A DNA stretch of 62,408 bases, counting the filler, from Circinaria calcarea (Eukaryota): NCBI GenBank assembly GCA_051942165.1. It is 33 parts of 33 records of this genome, joined end to end, with 100 filler letters (N's around TTAATTAATTAA, not from the genome) between each part and the next. Parts side by side here need not be neighbours in the genome. Positions count along the whole stretch, not along the records: positions 49,320 to 51,105 come from JAVECS010004229.1; positions 51,206 to 52,991 come from JAVECS010004230.1; positions 53,092 to 54,875 come from JAVECS010004231.1; positions 54,976 to 56,759 come from JAVECS010004232.1; positions 56,860 to 58,642 come from JAVECS010004233.1; positions 58,743 to 60,525 come from JAVECS010004234.1; positions 60,626 to 62,408 come from JAVECS010004235.1; 26 more parts are not named here. One strand, given 5' to 3'. The translations under genes and the position numbers were made by a program. The notes below the pieces were generated by a model. The model searched no databases. It had not been told where the DNA came from and worked only from the letters and a program-made list of their open reading frames with translations. Below are positions 50,153 through 62,408 of this stretch, one piece after another (within the stretch, counting starts at the first letter, position 1; every line of letters begins with the position of its first letter).

Positions 50153-52518
50153 GGTGGGGGATTCAGCACGTTTGACGCAATGATTGCTATCTAAGCAAGA
50201 TGGGAATCTTGAAAATGCAGCAATATCAAACAGCAAGGCCGGAAGAGACCGATTCGAAGCGATGACGATCTGCAAAGGAGAGAGAGGATGGTGAGCTGAG
50301 AGGTCACAATTCCAAGCAGCCCACTTTGTGCCCATACTTCAGACGACAAAAACGAACATCAGGTTTTTGTACGGGGTAACAAGAACGTTGCATAACCCAA
50401 ACCTTTCCAAAGATCCTTTGATCCCCCAAAAATTACCCTTTTCTGAAATATTCCATGTAATAAAATTACCCCCTCCTTGAATGATTTCCGCCAGAATCTA
50501 GTGTGCTGCAGGTCTGAGGCGTCGGATACGACCGTACTTTAAATTAGGTCTCAGTCTGCTGGAGCGTTACCGTAGCAGATAGATCTTCCATGTCAAATGT
50601 CATTGGAGTCACATGGCATATCCCCCATCGCAATCTTATTACTGCACGATTGTGCCGCCTGCAGGTACTAATGTATATATAAAGGTTAAAGCCCCGCTTG
50701 CGCACTCCTCCGGAGGATGAGATCTACCATAGTAGTGTAACTCCAAAGGTACGGGGGTACCTAGTTGGTTCCGGTAGCTTTCTCCGCTAGGCGGGTAATT
50801 GGCCCAAGGAAGCCGGCCATCAAACGGAGATCTAAGCGACTCTACCCTACACTTAGTGCTACTACCTTTTACTCACGAGGCGCATTCCCATCATCCCCCC
50901 AGCTACCTAACTAATGATAAACAGAACCAACTCTCGCCAGTTTAAATCAAGGGGACACCCCTACCATACCCATTTTGCTAGCCATAGTCCCCCTTTATCC
51001 GAAAAAAGGCAACCTCGCAAATCTGTAACCGCCCGGATCCAGAAAAAAGAAAAGAACTAGCGTCATCCCCCTCCTCCTCGTGTTGAGTCATTTATAACAA
51101 TAAACNNNNNNNNNNNNNNNNNNNNNNNNNNNNNNNNNNNNNNNNNNNNTTAATTAATTAANNNNNNNNNNNNNNNNNNNNNNNNNNNNNNNNNNNNNNN
51201 NNNNNGAGGGAGGGAAGGAAGGGGGGAGCTGACTGTGAGCCGCGAGGAGTTCTTGAAAGACTTAGGTGATTGATTCTACGGGATTTTTATTTGTTCTACC
51301 GTCTACCGTCTACCATCTACCGTCTACCGGGATATAGAGTATAGGAGATAGGGAATAGGAAAACCCAGCCAGCCAGTCAGGCACGCAGGCAGACTGGCTG
51401 GGCAAATCAACATTGTACTGGGAAAGGAAACCCCCCGGTTTCCCCTTACTTTAGGACTCTTTTGGGACCGTGACACCCCTTTGAGTTGGGGGTTTTTGAA
51501 AGAGTGGAGCGGGAAAGGGAAAGGGGGAGAAAAAGGGAGGAGGGGGAGAAATATCGATGCAATCAATTCCCTAGTAGAAATATCGAAGAAAAACCGCGGA
51601 AGCAATTTACCCCCGTAGAAAGAGTACTACCGGAAGGTATTGTTAAATGTCAGACATGTGATATTCTTCGTAATTAGCCCGGACCCACATACGAAAACCA
51701 AAAAGTGCCGAGGGAAGAAGATGACGGCAAGGCTGACGGCGGCCGGGGGAAGGGTGGAGGCGACCGGCCGAGATTGCGACATGCGATCCGATCCGCGCTA
51801 GTTTCATCATGTCACATCGGGTGGAGGAAGGGGTACCAAGAAACGCCACCAAAACGACGTTTTTGGGTTCTTTGAACTCCTCTGACCCAAGTCAAGCAAG
51901 AGCAAGCATGTGAGATGCAATACTCTTCGAAGAGTTAAAAATCAGAACCTGTTCGCGAGAGAGCACAAGTTTCCATCTAAAAGACATGTATGTGAATTCA
52001 ACAGCAACACCCTGCCTTCCACAACGGCGACATTTTTCAAGTCACACAGCTTCCTCAACTTCGACACTATCGCCCAAACGCGTGATAACCGGGTACCCCG
52101 TTTCCCTTTCCCCCCAACCAAAATCAAAAATCTAACAAATCTAAGCGGATCGTAAGCCAAAGGAAGTGGGTATCAATCTAAAAATGCTTCAAATAACCGC
52201 TAAAAAGCAAAGAATGCTCCGTGTATGAAGGCTGGGAGAGTAAAATAATGTCAACCCATTTCGGGTGAAAAGCCCGATTGCTCTCCAATCGAGGATTTCA
52301 TCTTAAAGATTTCAAAGTAGAATAAAGACGCCGGTCCGGAGCGCTGATAAGGATATGCTCGTGTCCGAGATAAACGATGTGCAGAGATAACGTGTCGAGC
52401 AAACGGTCCGACCGCTCCGGCATATGGGTAGCTGCAGCCGTGAATTGAGGGAAGCGAGGGCCGGGTTGACAAGATGTCGATCGGAAAAAGCCCCCTCAAG
52501 ATTGAGCCATGATTGCAT

Positions 52519-52991
52519 TTAGAAGGTGCTCCAGTTCCAGTCACGTGGTACGCTGGCCGCTGCGGGCGGTTTTGGTCCATCACAGCCCGTACGATTGCCC
52601 GCCACCCTTCCAATACCGATTGCGGGGGAGGCCGATATAGCGGTGATACTAGAGCTGATACTGTTCGTTCTCGACGACCTATGGGCCTTCCAGCTCCGAT
52701 ATCGTTCCCAGCAATGTTTGCAAGCCCGTGACTCGAAGCCATTGGGATGGAATTCTGCATCTTGGTCCAACGGGACTATGTAATGCGAATGGGTGTTGCA
52801 GAAGACGTGACCGCAATGCCGGCAATGGTGTCGCCGTTCGAAAAGGTTAAAGGACTTGTAACACATGGGAGCGTCGCAGATCACGGCATTTGCGTCGGGC
52901 TTCCAATGGTCGCGCGTCGGAGTACCCGTCACATTCCCCAAGTCCTCCTCTGGCATCATTTCGTCTACAATTGGCTGCTCCGTGTCATCCG
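52519..52991 (-). CDS. PIB2: FYVE zinc finger protein with Pib2-type tail, 5' truncated
   Basis: WKPD, RRHHCRHCGHVFC and RAC FYVE motifs; the terminal SVPRDWNWSTF resembles the yeast Pib2 tail. Confidence 0.82.
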
Positions 52992-54172
52992 NNNNNNNNN
53001 NNNNNNNNNNNNNNNNNNNNNNNNNNNNNNNNNNNTTAATTAATTAANNNNNNNNNNNNNNNNNNNNNNNNNNNNNNNNNNNNNNNNNNNNTTGCTGGAG
53101 AGGTGAAGCGTCTCTGTCATTAGGTCCGTGTCATCTCCATTTGTCAATGTTGTGATTACGCTTCTATATAGATCTGATGGGGGGTAATGATACTTGAGGA
53201 ACCTTTGACCAAATCACTATTACCTCTCACTATTACCTTTTATTACCAAGCTTTTCATGCTCGAAAGGCTGAACAGGATCCCTAGGAGAGTGGAATTTGC
53301 TTTAAGAATTTGGGGAAGGGTTCAGAGCCGGAAAATTATGATTCACGACAATCACAACTCAACCCAAATCGGGGGGCGCTCTTCTACCATAGACAGATTC
53401 GCAATGAGTGTCTGAAGGACTGGCCATGGACCTTTCAGTCACGCACGAGAGGCTCGGGGTTTTGAAGTGCTCTACTAGCAGAAGGACGGAATATGACGGT
53501 GGTATTAGTAAGAAAGGGACTATGTGTAGCTGCAATACCGGGTGAAGCCGATTGTTTTAGAAAAGAGCTCAAGTCCAATTGGCACTTTTCCATATAGCTG
53601 TCTACATAAGATCAACGCCTATGGAAGAGATAGCGAAGGTACGCTTCTTAGAATGTTGTTTGGAGTGATGCCAATGATTCGGATTAGGGTTTGGGACCAC
53701 CCCTGCATCTACCAAGGCGCTAGCGTGAACCAAATGACCTTACTTCTGTCGCCGACTTCATCACCCCTCCATCTCTTCTTATTCGGTGTGCAAAAAAGAG
53801 GAAAACACCCTTCGTCTACGGTCATCTATCACCCTTTGAGGTGCTTCTCCGATGGTAGAGGAGCACTGAGAGAGCCCACCTGCTCTCTTTCCTTTGTTCT
53901 GCCTGCGTTCTCCACGCTTTCGGTTGGGACACGAAAGCATTTCTTGTAAGATCATCGCTCCTTTGGTATCTGAGGCTTTTCTTGAGAAGTCTTGTTCCCT
54001 AGGTGGCTCATCTGGATGGCACAGGGTCTCTGATACACTACTTGATCTCAGTTGAGACGGATAGGCAAGTGTGAGTATGTCTCTCTGAATGACAGAGAGA
54101 TCGTCGAGCTGACAAGTACAAGACGGCAGATGACGACAGCAGACAGTCTGATCTTTGCACCTTTGTTCTATC

Positions 54173-54875
54173 ATGGAAGATTATCTCAATTGGAGGAACG
54201 ACAAGGTTAGAATTAAGGTACCCAAGAATGCCGGCAGTAGGCCACTTTCCCAGGAGCAACAAGAGACAGGTGTGAATGTTGCAGTAAGACCCTTTACGTC
54301 AAATACTACGGACCAGATCAATCCACCAATCTCAGACGAAGTTGGGAAACCAAGCACAACACAAGATACAAAAGATTTAACGATTGTCTCGTGGCCTTCT
54401 TGTCGTGAAGCTGGAACTCATTCCGTAGAACCTTTTCACCTCAACAGTCCCGACAGTGGCGTAAATTCAAATACAAGCTCAGTTAATGGCACGATGTCAC
54501 AAGAACAGATGGATGCAGCTGAGGAGGAGATAGATACATCGTATGAGATTCATGATGTCCTCAGTTGCGCCTACTGACCTGAATCTAGTAACTATAAGTC
54601 AACGTTTGAATTCTGGATTGGCCCTAAATTTGATACCTTCCACGTCTATCAAGAGTATCTTTCGGCCGTATCTCCAATTGCCAAATCAGAGCAAACCAAT
54701 GGCGCAAACTCTACACTCCGGCAAAAGCTTAAAAGTCCTCGTGGTTTTTTGGCTACGGAACCTCGTATTTTCAACTACTTCTTACATTGGCTCTACCATG
54801 ATACGTTCACAACGCCAAACAACGCCCACCTCGTAAGCTACTGCGAGCTGGTAGAGCTCTATTACATCGGAGAAG
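54173..54875 (+). CDS. BTB/POZ domain protein, 3' truncated; intron ~54541-54587
   Basis: Spliced FWIGPKFDTFHVYQEYLSAVSP...EPRIFNYFLHWLY...LVELYYIGE. Confidence 0.7.
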
Positions 54876-54975
54876 NNNNNNNNNNNNNNNNNNNNNNNNN
54901 NNNNNNNNNNNNNNNNNNNTTAATTAATTAANNNNNNNNNNNNNNNNNNNNNNNNNNNNNNNNNNNNNNNNNNNN

Positions 54976-55933
54976 TTTTCTTCCTGCAAAACAAACAAAC
55001 AAACAAAACAAAACAAAACAAGCAAACGTACTCGAGCTCGAATTGGTTCGGCAGGATGAGATCTGCATGCCGCAAGAGGTTCTTGTACACGGGCACCACG
55101 TCCCCGTTGACGTACAAGCGGCCTTGATCCCCCATGACGGGGTCTAGCGCTGAAAAATAAAAATAAATTCACAGGGTCAGCCAAGTTCGGAACATTCCTC
55201 GCCCCCAGAACACAACCATTAGATTAGGCCCCCCTCTCCTCGGGTGAATGATGGAAAAACGAACCCCAAAAGAAAGAGCCGGGCTTGGTCACCGCCTGGA
55301 GCTGCAAGTCTCTGCCAATGGCCCCGATGGCCTCGACCGCCCCCGCACTCGGTGCGTACCCCGAGAGCATGACGTCGAAGTCGGTGAGGGAGCTCTGCTT
55401 GAGGCCGTCGTAGATATCCTGGATCTCTTCGGCCGAGGCCTTGGTGCCCTTGACTTGCCGGTAGGCCGTATGATTGCCTTTTTTGCAAAAATGAGAAAAG
55501 AGTGGGTCAGTCAGTCAGTTTTTTTTTTTTTTTTTTTTGAAGCAAAAAATTTCGAGGTAAAAAGGGGATTGGATTTTGCCTGGAGTGGGCAGAAAGGAGG
55601 AGTGGGGAAATGGGGAAATGGGAAGACAGAAAGCCACGTACTGAAGTGAACCGTGTTGAGCGCGGCGACTTCGCAGCCTAGCGATTGCATGACAAACGCC
55701 GCCATCGTGTTACCGACATATCTAGAGATCGGTTCTGAGTATGCCGGGGGGGAAACAATGGAGACGGACGGGTTTTGCTGCGGGCTTGCACTGCGACTTA
55801 CCCGTAGACGACCTTGAGGCAGCAGACCAGTCAGTCGTTTGGGGCCCGGCATGAAAAAGGGACTCAAAATGGCTCATACATGACTTGCAATCGCCAGGAC
55901 TTTCGTTTCAGGGACCGGGAGGTCTGTAGACAT
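54976..55933 (-). CDS. BUD16: Pyridoxal kinase, 3' truncated, multi-exon
   Basis: VLAIASHVVYGYVGN, NTVHFSNHT, LDPVMGDQG and PNQFELE. Confidence 0.93.
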
Positions 55934-56209
55934 GGTTGCGAACCGGGTTAAAGGATCACGTAGATATAATGGAGATCAATGAGTAACAAGCATAGGTAAG
56001 GGCGCAACGGGTTGCAGATAGGTAATCGCATGTGATATTGCGCTAGAATCCGCAGGGAAAGGTCACGTGGAAACGATGTTGAATTTCATTCGACCCAATC
56101 TGGAGGTCTGAAAAATATTTCGCTATCCTGTCCAATGGCATTGCCCCCGCTGTGATGATGTCCCTTCTCAAAGCCAGTATCATTGCTATGCGCTTTAAAT
56201 ACAGCTTGG

Positions 56210-56759
56210 TTACTCCTCATCCCCAATCTGTTGAGCCATGTCAGTATCTCCAAACCATTTTGGAGAAGCAAGGGCGATGAGACTGTACCTTTGGTGCAAG
56301 GTAAAATCTTAGATAGCTATTCGACGCTAGTGTGTATTCCACCAACAACGGCACTTCATTGGATAGGCATAGCTTAACCGAAGAGGAAAGACCACTAGCC
56401 TTACAGAAGTTGACCAGGTATTTCAAAGAGAAGGTAAGCGCGACAGGCTCCGTGAGTTCGATCTCGACATTCAGCTCAGGTTTGTCGACGTTGTTGTGGC
56501 TCCGTAGTGTCACAGATCCGTTACCAATATCTCCGGTACAAGCAAACTTGACACCCTCTTTGGTGGCCTCAATGGCAACTGCGGCGTCTGTCAGCTCCGG
56601 AAGCTTTGGTGGATGGAGCAACGAGGCAACGCCAAGCCGAGGAACACCTAGGCCGCAGTTCCAACAACCTACCTGATTCTGACAGTGCTATTAAATCCCT
56701 GCAAATCTTCTGAAACTCCGCCGAAGGCATTGTGATGGTAGCTGCATATTCCGTCTCTG
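56210..56759 (-). CDS. POL30: Proliferating cell nuclear antigen, 5' truncated
   Basis: MPSAEFQKICRDL, LTFSLKYL and RFYLAPK|IGDEE*. Confidence 0.98.
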
Positions 56760-57814
56760 NNNNNNNNNNNNNNNNNNNNNNNNNNNNNNNNNNNNNNNNN
56801 NNNTTAATTAATTAANNNNNNNNNNNNNNNNNNNNNNNNNNNNNNNNNNNNNNNNNNNNTGCCATGTAGCATGAGGCACCGACCGTTGGCTGGTAAGTTT
56901 CGATGCGTGTTCATCATCGAACGCTCGCGAGTCCCTTCGTCCGACTTGTGACGTTTCTACCAAAGCTCCAGCACAAATGCATCAACAGTAGATGCGAGTA
57001 TCGTGTGTGCTTGATGCATAAGATGAGTACCTCGCAGTGACTGTCTCATCGGACAACGGTATCTACTGAGTCGTGCCTGGTCTTGCATGTTGGATTGCTC
57101 GTAGTTGCGCAAGCAGAGAGGTGTTGGACTTGCGTGTTTGTGTAGTGGTGGGAGGCATCTTCTAAAGATTGCAGCCATCAAGGGTAGCTGTTGCTTTCTT
57201 GTTATGTTGTGCAGGGAGCAGAGCGTCAGGATGGCATGTCCATCACTTCGGCGTTTTGTTCACAGTGGTGCGGTGGTAGGAGGCGGCTACTAAGAACATG
57301 GCATCCGCGAAGAAGAGAGGCTGGTTGTGCCCTTCGTGTGCAAGTGATGATGTGATAGGAGTCAAAGGAGACATGATGATGGTGATGGCAGAATGGGTGG
57401 ACCTTGGTAATTGGAGGTGGTGAGGAGAACGTGCGCTGGTATGCAACTGTGTGACCTGGATGATGGCGGAGCAAGGATGGATGGATCAGGATAGTAGTTG
57501 AGCATAAGCTAAGTGATAGATAGTGAGGATATCGTTCAAGACGATGTAAAATACTTGGTGGCAGAATCGACAATCTGCTTGCCTTGCAGAGAGGATTCTG
57601 TAATTATGTGGATGGATATGTGAGGGAATTAGCGTAATATTGCCTTAGCATCCGGCGCAACGAGAAGCCAAAAAGGTCCGAGGGGAACATCAACAAAATC
57701 ACCATAGACCATCACGCAACCAAGTCCAAGTCATAACCACAACAATGTAGAAGACCTTTCATGATACTTGATTGCAATAAGAATCAGTTATAACTAGAGA
57801 CTCGTCGCTTCTAA

Positions 57815-58642
57815 CTACTCCGAAGTCTGTTCCTGCACGGGAATCCGAACAAGCGTTTGAGGCAACGGTACATCCGAAGTCTTCGGGTCTCCTTGTCCAC
57901 TCTTTCCATCGGCCATCTTAGGTTTTGGTATTGCCACTGCGATTTATCATCAACGATTGCTCGCATAGAACGGTAAGGTTCAGATTTCCTTACTTGAGGC
58001 CATATTAATCGCGCGCAGGACATTGTGCCAATTCGACAATACTGCAGCGACCGCTGTCGTACACATCTCATCAGCGCCATAACTTCAGAAGCATAATGAT
58101 GCGGCTTTACAAAGACAGCACCATTTAATCTCAACGTAATAACTCTTTGATCTCAACGGGAAGGATTAATCCAATATCTAAGGAAAAGACCAGTCGATTC
58201 ACCAAGAAGTCCAATCAAAAGGCAGCAATAGAAGCAGTTCGACGCAGTCTAGCGCCATCGAAAAGAGTTACACTAGCTTCAACAAAAGGAGGCCATCAAA
58301 CTAGAGCAAGAGTAGAAACCTAACTGCGGCAAGGGAGAATATCCAACTCCAACAGGAGAAGGCATTTAGTAGCACAAGAAAAAGCAGCTGAATCCGAACA
58401 GAAAATAGGAAGGTCAACTCATAGGGAGAAACAGTCAACATACCTTCTGTACCATCCGAAAGGGTAGCCAGCTTCTGTTCTAGACTCTGCATCTGCTCTG
58501 CTAATCCTGCACTGAGATCGCGCAGCTGCTTGAGACTCTCCAACTCTGCTCTCTTTTCATTGATACGCGCCACTAAGACTGGGGATTGGCCTGCAGCATT
58601 CTGAGAGCCACCAATTGAGGGGTGTCGAAGATTAGAAGTAAG
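57815..58642 (-). CDS. DAD2: DASH/Dam1 complex subunit Dad2, 5' truncated, three exons visible
   Basis: ARINEKRAELESLKQLRDLS...LSDGTE|AVAAVLSNWHNVLRAINMAS|...PLPQTLVRIP. Confidence 0.92.
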
Positions 58643-59870
58643 NNNNNNNNNNNNNNNNNNNNNNNNNNNNNNNNNNNNNNNNNNNNTTAATTAATTAANN
58701 NNNNNNNNNNNNNNNNNNNNNNNNNNNNNNNNNNNNNNNNNNACAGACGCTAGATAGACCATTCGGATCTCCACCCAGATAGTTAAGTATATATCCATAC
58801 GATAATTATTTATTATGAATTATTATATTACGGCCACCTCCAACGCGGTAACCACCTCTATGTAGTGCTAGGAACAGAAAGGAGGTGCATTATAGTGAGG
58901 GCGCTACGTCTTCAACAGGCTGCACGGTATAACCGGAACGTATGCACGGATAACTGTTACTGAAATACAATGGTGATACTATGAAAACTGTGAATACGTG
59001 ATGTGTATGTGAAGTGCCATATATAGGAGAATACTCGGGGGATCGCTGAAATACAGAGCTAAAGGCACCCCCAATTAGCGCTGTTTCCCCGTCATCTTCT
59101 CCATGCGCTCCAATCATAACATTCGCGCTTGTTTCTGGCTGGTTCGGCAGCGACTCCGGAGTCTCCAAAACTTCTGGCAGCATGCATAATCGGAGGGGTG
59201 CGTCGGTGATAAGGGGGGTGGTGCGTGGGAACAAGAAAGGATGCGTGGCTGATACGATAGGGTGCGTGGGAGCTCGGAATGGCAAAGTAGGGGTACGTGG
59301 CAGATATTCACCGAAGTATTCAAAAACCCTGTTGAGAAATCAGGTAAGTACCCTTGTATTTGACCCTGTACGATACGTTCATTAGTGAAGGGTTCTAGCC
59401 CTATACTCTGTAACGGCGAACCAACCAATCGGAACCTCCGGCAGAACTCATAGCGGTGCTGTGGTAGTCTGCAGCAGGTACTGGTAGTGGCTTCAGTACG
59501 TTAGGGCTAGTGACCCATGTGCCTGCAAGGTTTTGTTACTGATATATAGGAAAAAGACAATGACCAACGCTTTATGTAGATCTTCCTTTTAATAAACTAA
59601 ACTCCTCTGGTGTTTTAGCCACCCAATGTAATAAGCAAGGCCTTTCAGGAATACCAGCAATGTATTCTCTCAAGACTATTCTATGGCAGTTGCCCCGGCG
59701 GTCTCTTGAATCACACGTTCACCGTGGACACAGATGAGCTTCAGTGAATGTTTCATACAGTGCGCGGTTTATTGGAGCATCGTGGTTTGGCGCAAGGAAA
59801 CCTGTCGGCTGTCAAGGGATTTCTACACTGGGTAGGTTCGCGTTTAAGATAGGATTAGGCCGAGATACGA

Positions 59871-60525
59871 TTAAAAAGTCCATTGCAAGCCCAGCTCCCT
59901 CATCCTGACTGCTAATTGAAAGATGTAGTCCAAACTAACGCAAAGTCAGCGAAGCCTATGTACCAATATCACCCAAATTCTATTTACCTCTCCGCCTGTG
60001 TTTTGGCTTTCTGAACATTGTCGCCCCATACGTATCTTTACCGGTTAGCACTCGGGGTACTTGTCAGCCTCAAGGGTAATCATACATTCCATGGCGTCTA
60101 ACAAGCACAGCATACGTATCAGGGTATTTCTCCATAGCTTCCTCTAGACTGCTTGTAAGATCTTCCTCACTTACACAGATTAGCGCTCATACAATTCCAA
60201 CATACAGTGTACCTACTGGGCGGTATTCTCAATGATGGGTACCCTGAGTTTATCAAAGTAGCCTAGCATGCCTTGTTTGCCTTTTCCCTTTGGGATACCC
60301 TTAATCTGTTCTATTTCCTGGATCTCAAAGCAAGCGTCCTCAACCTTCTGATCAGCCTGCTTCGCATCTCTTTCTACCAGAAGCGTCACGAGAACAGCCC
60401 ATTGGCTGTGGGTGTGAATGCAGCAGCCGGCGCCGCGGTCGAAGGCAGCTAAGAACAATGGTGTACATTGTGAAGGTTTTAGGACGGGAGGTCTGCGTAC
60501 ATACGAACGCGAGGCATACTCGAGA
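59871..60525 (-). CDS. MDE1: Methylthioribulose-1-phosphate dehydratase, 5' truncated
   Basis: [44 protein letters not shown] and LDYIF. Confidence 0.95.
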
Positions 60526-60625
60526 NNNNNNNNNNNNNNNNNNNNNNNNNNNNNNNNNNNNNNNNNNNNTTAATTAATTAANNNNNNNNNNNNNNNNNNN
60601 NNNNNNNNNNNNNNNNNNNNNNNNN

Positions 60626-61021
60626 CAGCAAGGCCTATCACACATGTATGATACTTTGACAAACATATCGATAGGACCCTCGAAATTCAAGCCTTCGCTC
60701 AACCTCAAGAAGCGAACGACGATTCCCCGCGACATGCGAAGCCCGGCGATACCGATAACTCCCTACCAGTATCTCGGCGCCAAGGCATGGGAAGCGTCAC
60801 CGAAATCGCCGAAGCCCAAGTCTGCAAAGAAGAAGCATTTTTCTCTGCCGTCGAAGCTTGACAGTCCGACAAAATGGTACAAACTATCGAGCAGAGGTTC
60901 CAATAAGGCGTCGGCAGGGGAAAAGGAAGCGGAGAAAAGGAGAGAGGAGCTGAGGAAGAGGATTGTGGTGATTGGTGCAGCCGACCAGTTTCCGGATGGT
61001 CGAGTCAGCTATCCATTCTAA
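60626..61021 (+). CDS. Hypothetical fungal protein C-terminus
   Basis: SPAIPITPYQYLG...AEKRREELRKRIVVIG; function unknown. Confidence 0.5.
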   Translation, partial: QQGLSHMYDTLTNISIGPSKFKPSLNLKKRTTIPRDMRSPAIPITPYQYLGAKAWEASPKSPKPKSAKKKHFSLPSKLDSPTKWYKLSSRGSNKASAGEKEAEKRREELRKRIVVIGAADQFPDGRVSYPF

Positions 61022-61545
61022 TAAAGCCGCTGAGAGATGAAATTGTGTTTTTCTTGTCATATAGTAGAGACGTCTTACTAGCAATTGAGGATTAATTTCT
61101 AATTGATTTCAACCACATACTACAAATCTGATGGCGCAACTATGGGGCTGACACGTCTAGACTTGGGATAAATATAGAGCTGTCATCTTGGAGATTTGAC
61201 TAATGACGTACCCCCCTGCTAGCGTCATCAATCAGAGTCGAAATGTCCTGCATTAGTAAACAACAGTTTAAAAAAGCAACCTTGTCTAGATACTTGAAGA
61301 ACATATATAATCCCTCTCCGACCATATATCTTTCCCACATCTGAATCCTTCGGTATCTTCACACAGTCTTCAAGCTGTTTTCCGCCGCCTTCAAACGAGC
61401 ATCCAGCACCACTTTTCGGGCAGCCTCCGGACTCCATATTGCTGTAGCGGCCTCGGCCTTTCAAAAAGACTCTTCGGTCTCAACGAGAGTAATACCTACG
61501 GCCTCTGCGCCTTTGCGCAGTCACGGCAGTCCTCGCACCAGAACG

Positions 61546-62408
61546 ATGCATACCAAGGTCGTCAGTGAGTACTTGTTGCGACTGCCAAATTGATGAGTAA
61601 AAGGGGGCTAATGCATCATAGTCATCGGGTACGTTATTCCTGCTGGACAAATGTCCCTTTACCCACATATTATAGCCTAAGACCCTCGGACAATGCTGAT
61701 ATACTCTCTGGTATAGGTCTGGCCCAGCAGCTCACACCGCGGCTATCTACCTTTCAAGAGCTGAACTAAAGCGTGAGTTACTTTGGGACTTTTTCAGCGT
61801 AGATAGGGCTAATCAAGTTTCAGCCGTACTATATGAAGGGCTTTTAGCAAATGGTGTAGCAGCCGGAGGTCAATTGACCACGACTACCGATGTCGAAAAC
61901 TACCCTGGTTTCCCCACTGGTATAGGTGGACCGGAGCTTATGGTAATTGTTCAATCCCACCCCCTTTCAAATTCTCCTATCAGTAACAGATGTCCCTTTG
62001 CAGGATAACATGCGCGCGCAATCACTCCACTTTGGTACTGAAATAATCACCGAAACAATCTCCAAGGTTGACCTCTCCTCTCGCCCCTTTAAATTCTGGA
62101 CTGAATACTCCGACTCCCCCAGCGATACTCCCCATACAGCCGATGCCCTCATCATTGCTACTGGTGCCTCAGCACGAAGACTGGACCTTCCGGGTGAAGA
62201 CAAATACTGGCAAAACGGCATCAGCGCTTGTGCAGTATGTGATGGAGCTGTGCCAATTTTCAGAAACAAGCATCTAGTGGTCATCGGTGGAGGAGACTCG
62301 GCTGCTGAAGAAGCCATGTTTTTGACCAAGTATGGCAGTCATGTTACTGTTCTTGTTCGGAAAGACAAACTTCGCGCTAGCAAAACAATGGCCAAAAGAT
62401 TGACATCC
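61546..62408 (+). CDS. TRR1: Thioredoxin reductase, 3' truncated, multi-exon
   Basis: Spliced [20 protein letters not shown]...[17 protein letters not shown]...SACAVCDG...[12 protein letters not shown]. Confidence 0.97.

Larger units (their letters stand above)
1809..60625. other. 32 artificial 100-bp contig linkers (44N-TTAATTAATTAA-44N); first 1809-1908, last 60526-60625
   Basis: The same spacer, with stops in all six frames, recurs every ~1.9 kb. Intervening contig lengths never increase, running from 1808 to 1783 bp. Confidence 0.99.

Noticed and set aside
1809..60625. Regularly spaced TTAATTAATTAA repeats resembling an array
   Set aside because: Artificial contig linkers embedded in N runs.

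Overview
This is not one locus. It is a pseudo-scaffold of 33 unrelated short contigs (1808 down to 1783 bp, sorted by length) joined by identical 100-bp linkers (44 N + TTAATTAATTAA + 44 N), so adjacency across a linker means nothing. The DNA is from a filamentous ascomycete (Pezizomycotina): short GT-AG introns with CTRAY-like branch points and fungal housekeeping genes. Recognisable genes, many truncated by contig ends: dienelactone hydrolase, thioredoxin-like protein, Trf4-like protein, G-patch protein, SMD3, GEP4, fasciclin, AA11 LPMO, GH76, GET3, F-box-like protein, PAP2, SGT2, cupin, MDH1, CENP-W, aldo-keto reductase, sulfotransferase-like protein, PIB2, BTB protein, BUD16, PCNA, DAD2, MDE1 and TRR1. 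Mobile DNA: two 379-bp solo LTRs with 5-bp TSDs plus a third truncated copy, a 191-bp solo LTR, a Helitron RepHel fragment and a hAT-type MITE with an 8-bp TSD. The two least explained signals are (i) a six-unit array of ungapped cores containing a dyad around a variable 7-nt spacer (36.3-37.6 kb) and (ii) a probable CUG-initiated mitochondrial presequence on TRR1. All family assignments come from recalled motifs, not database searches.
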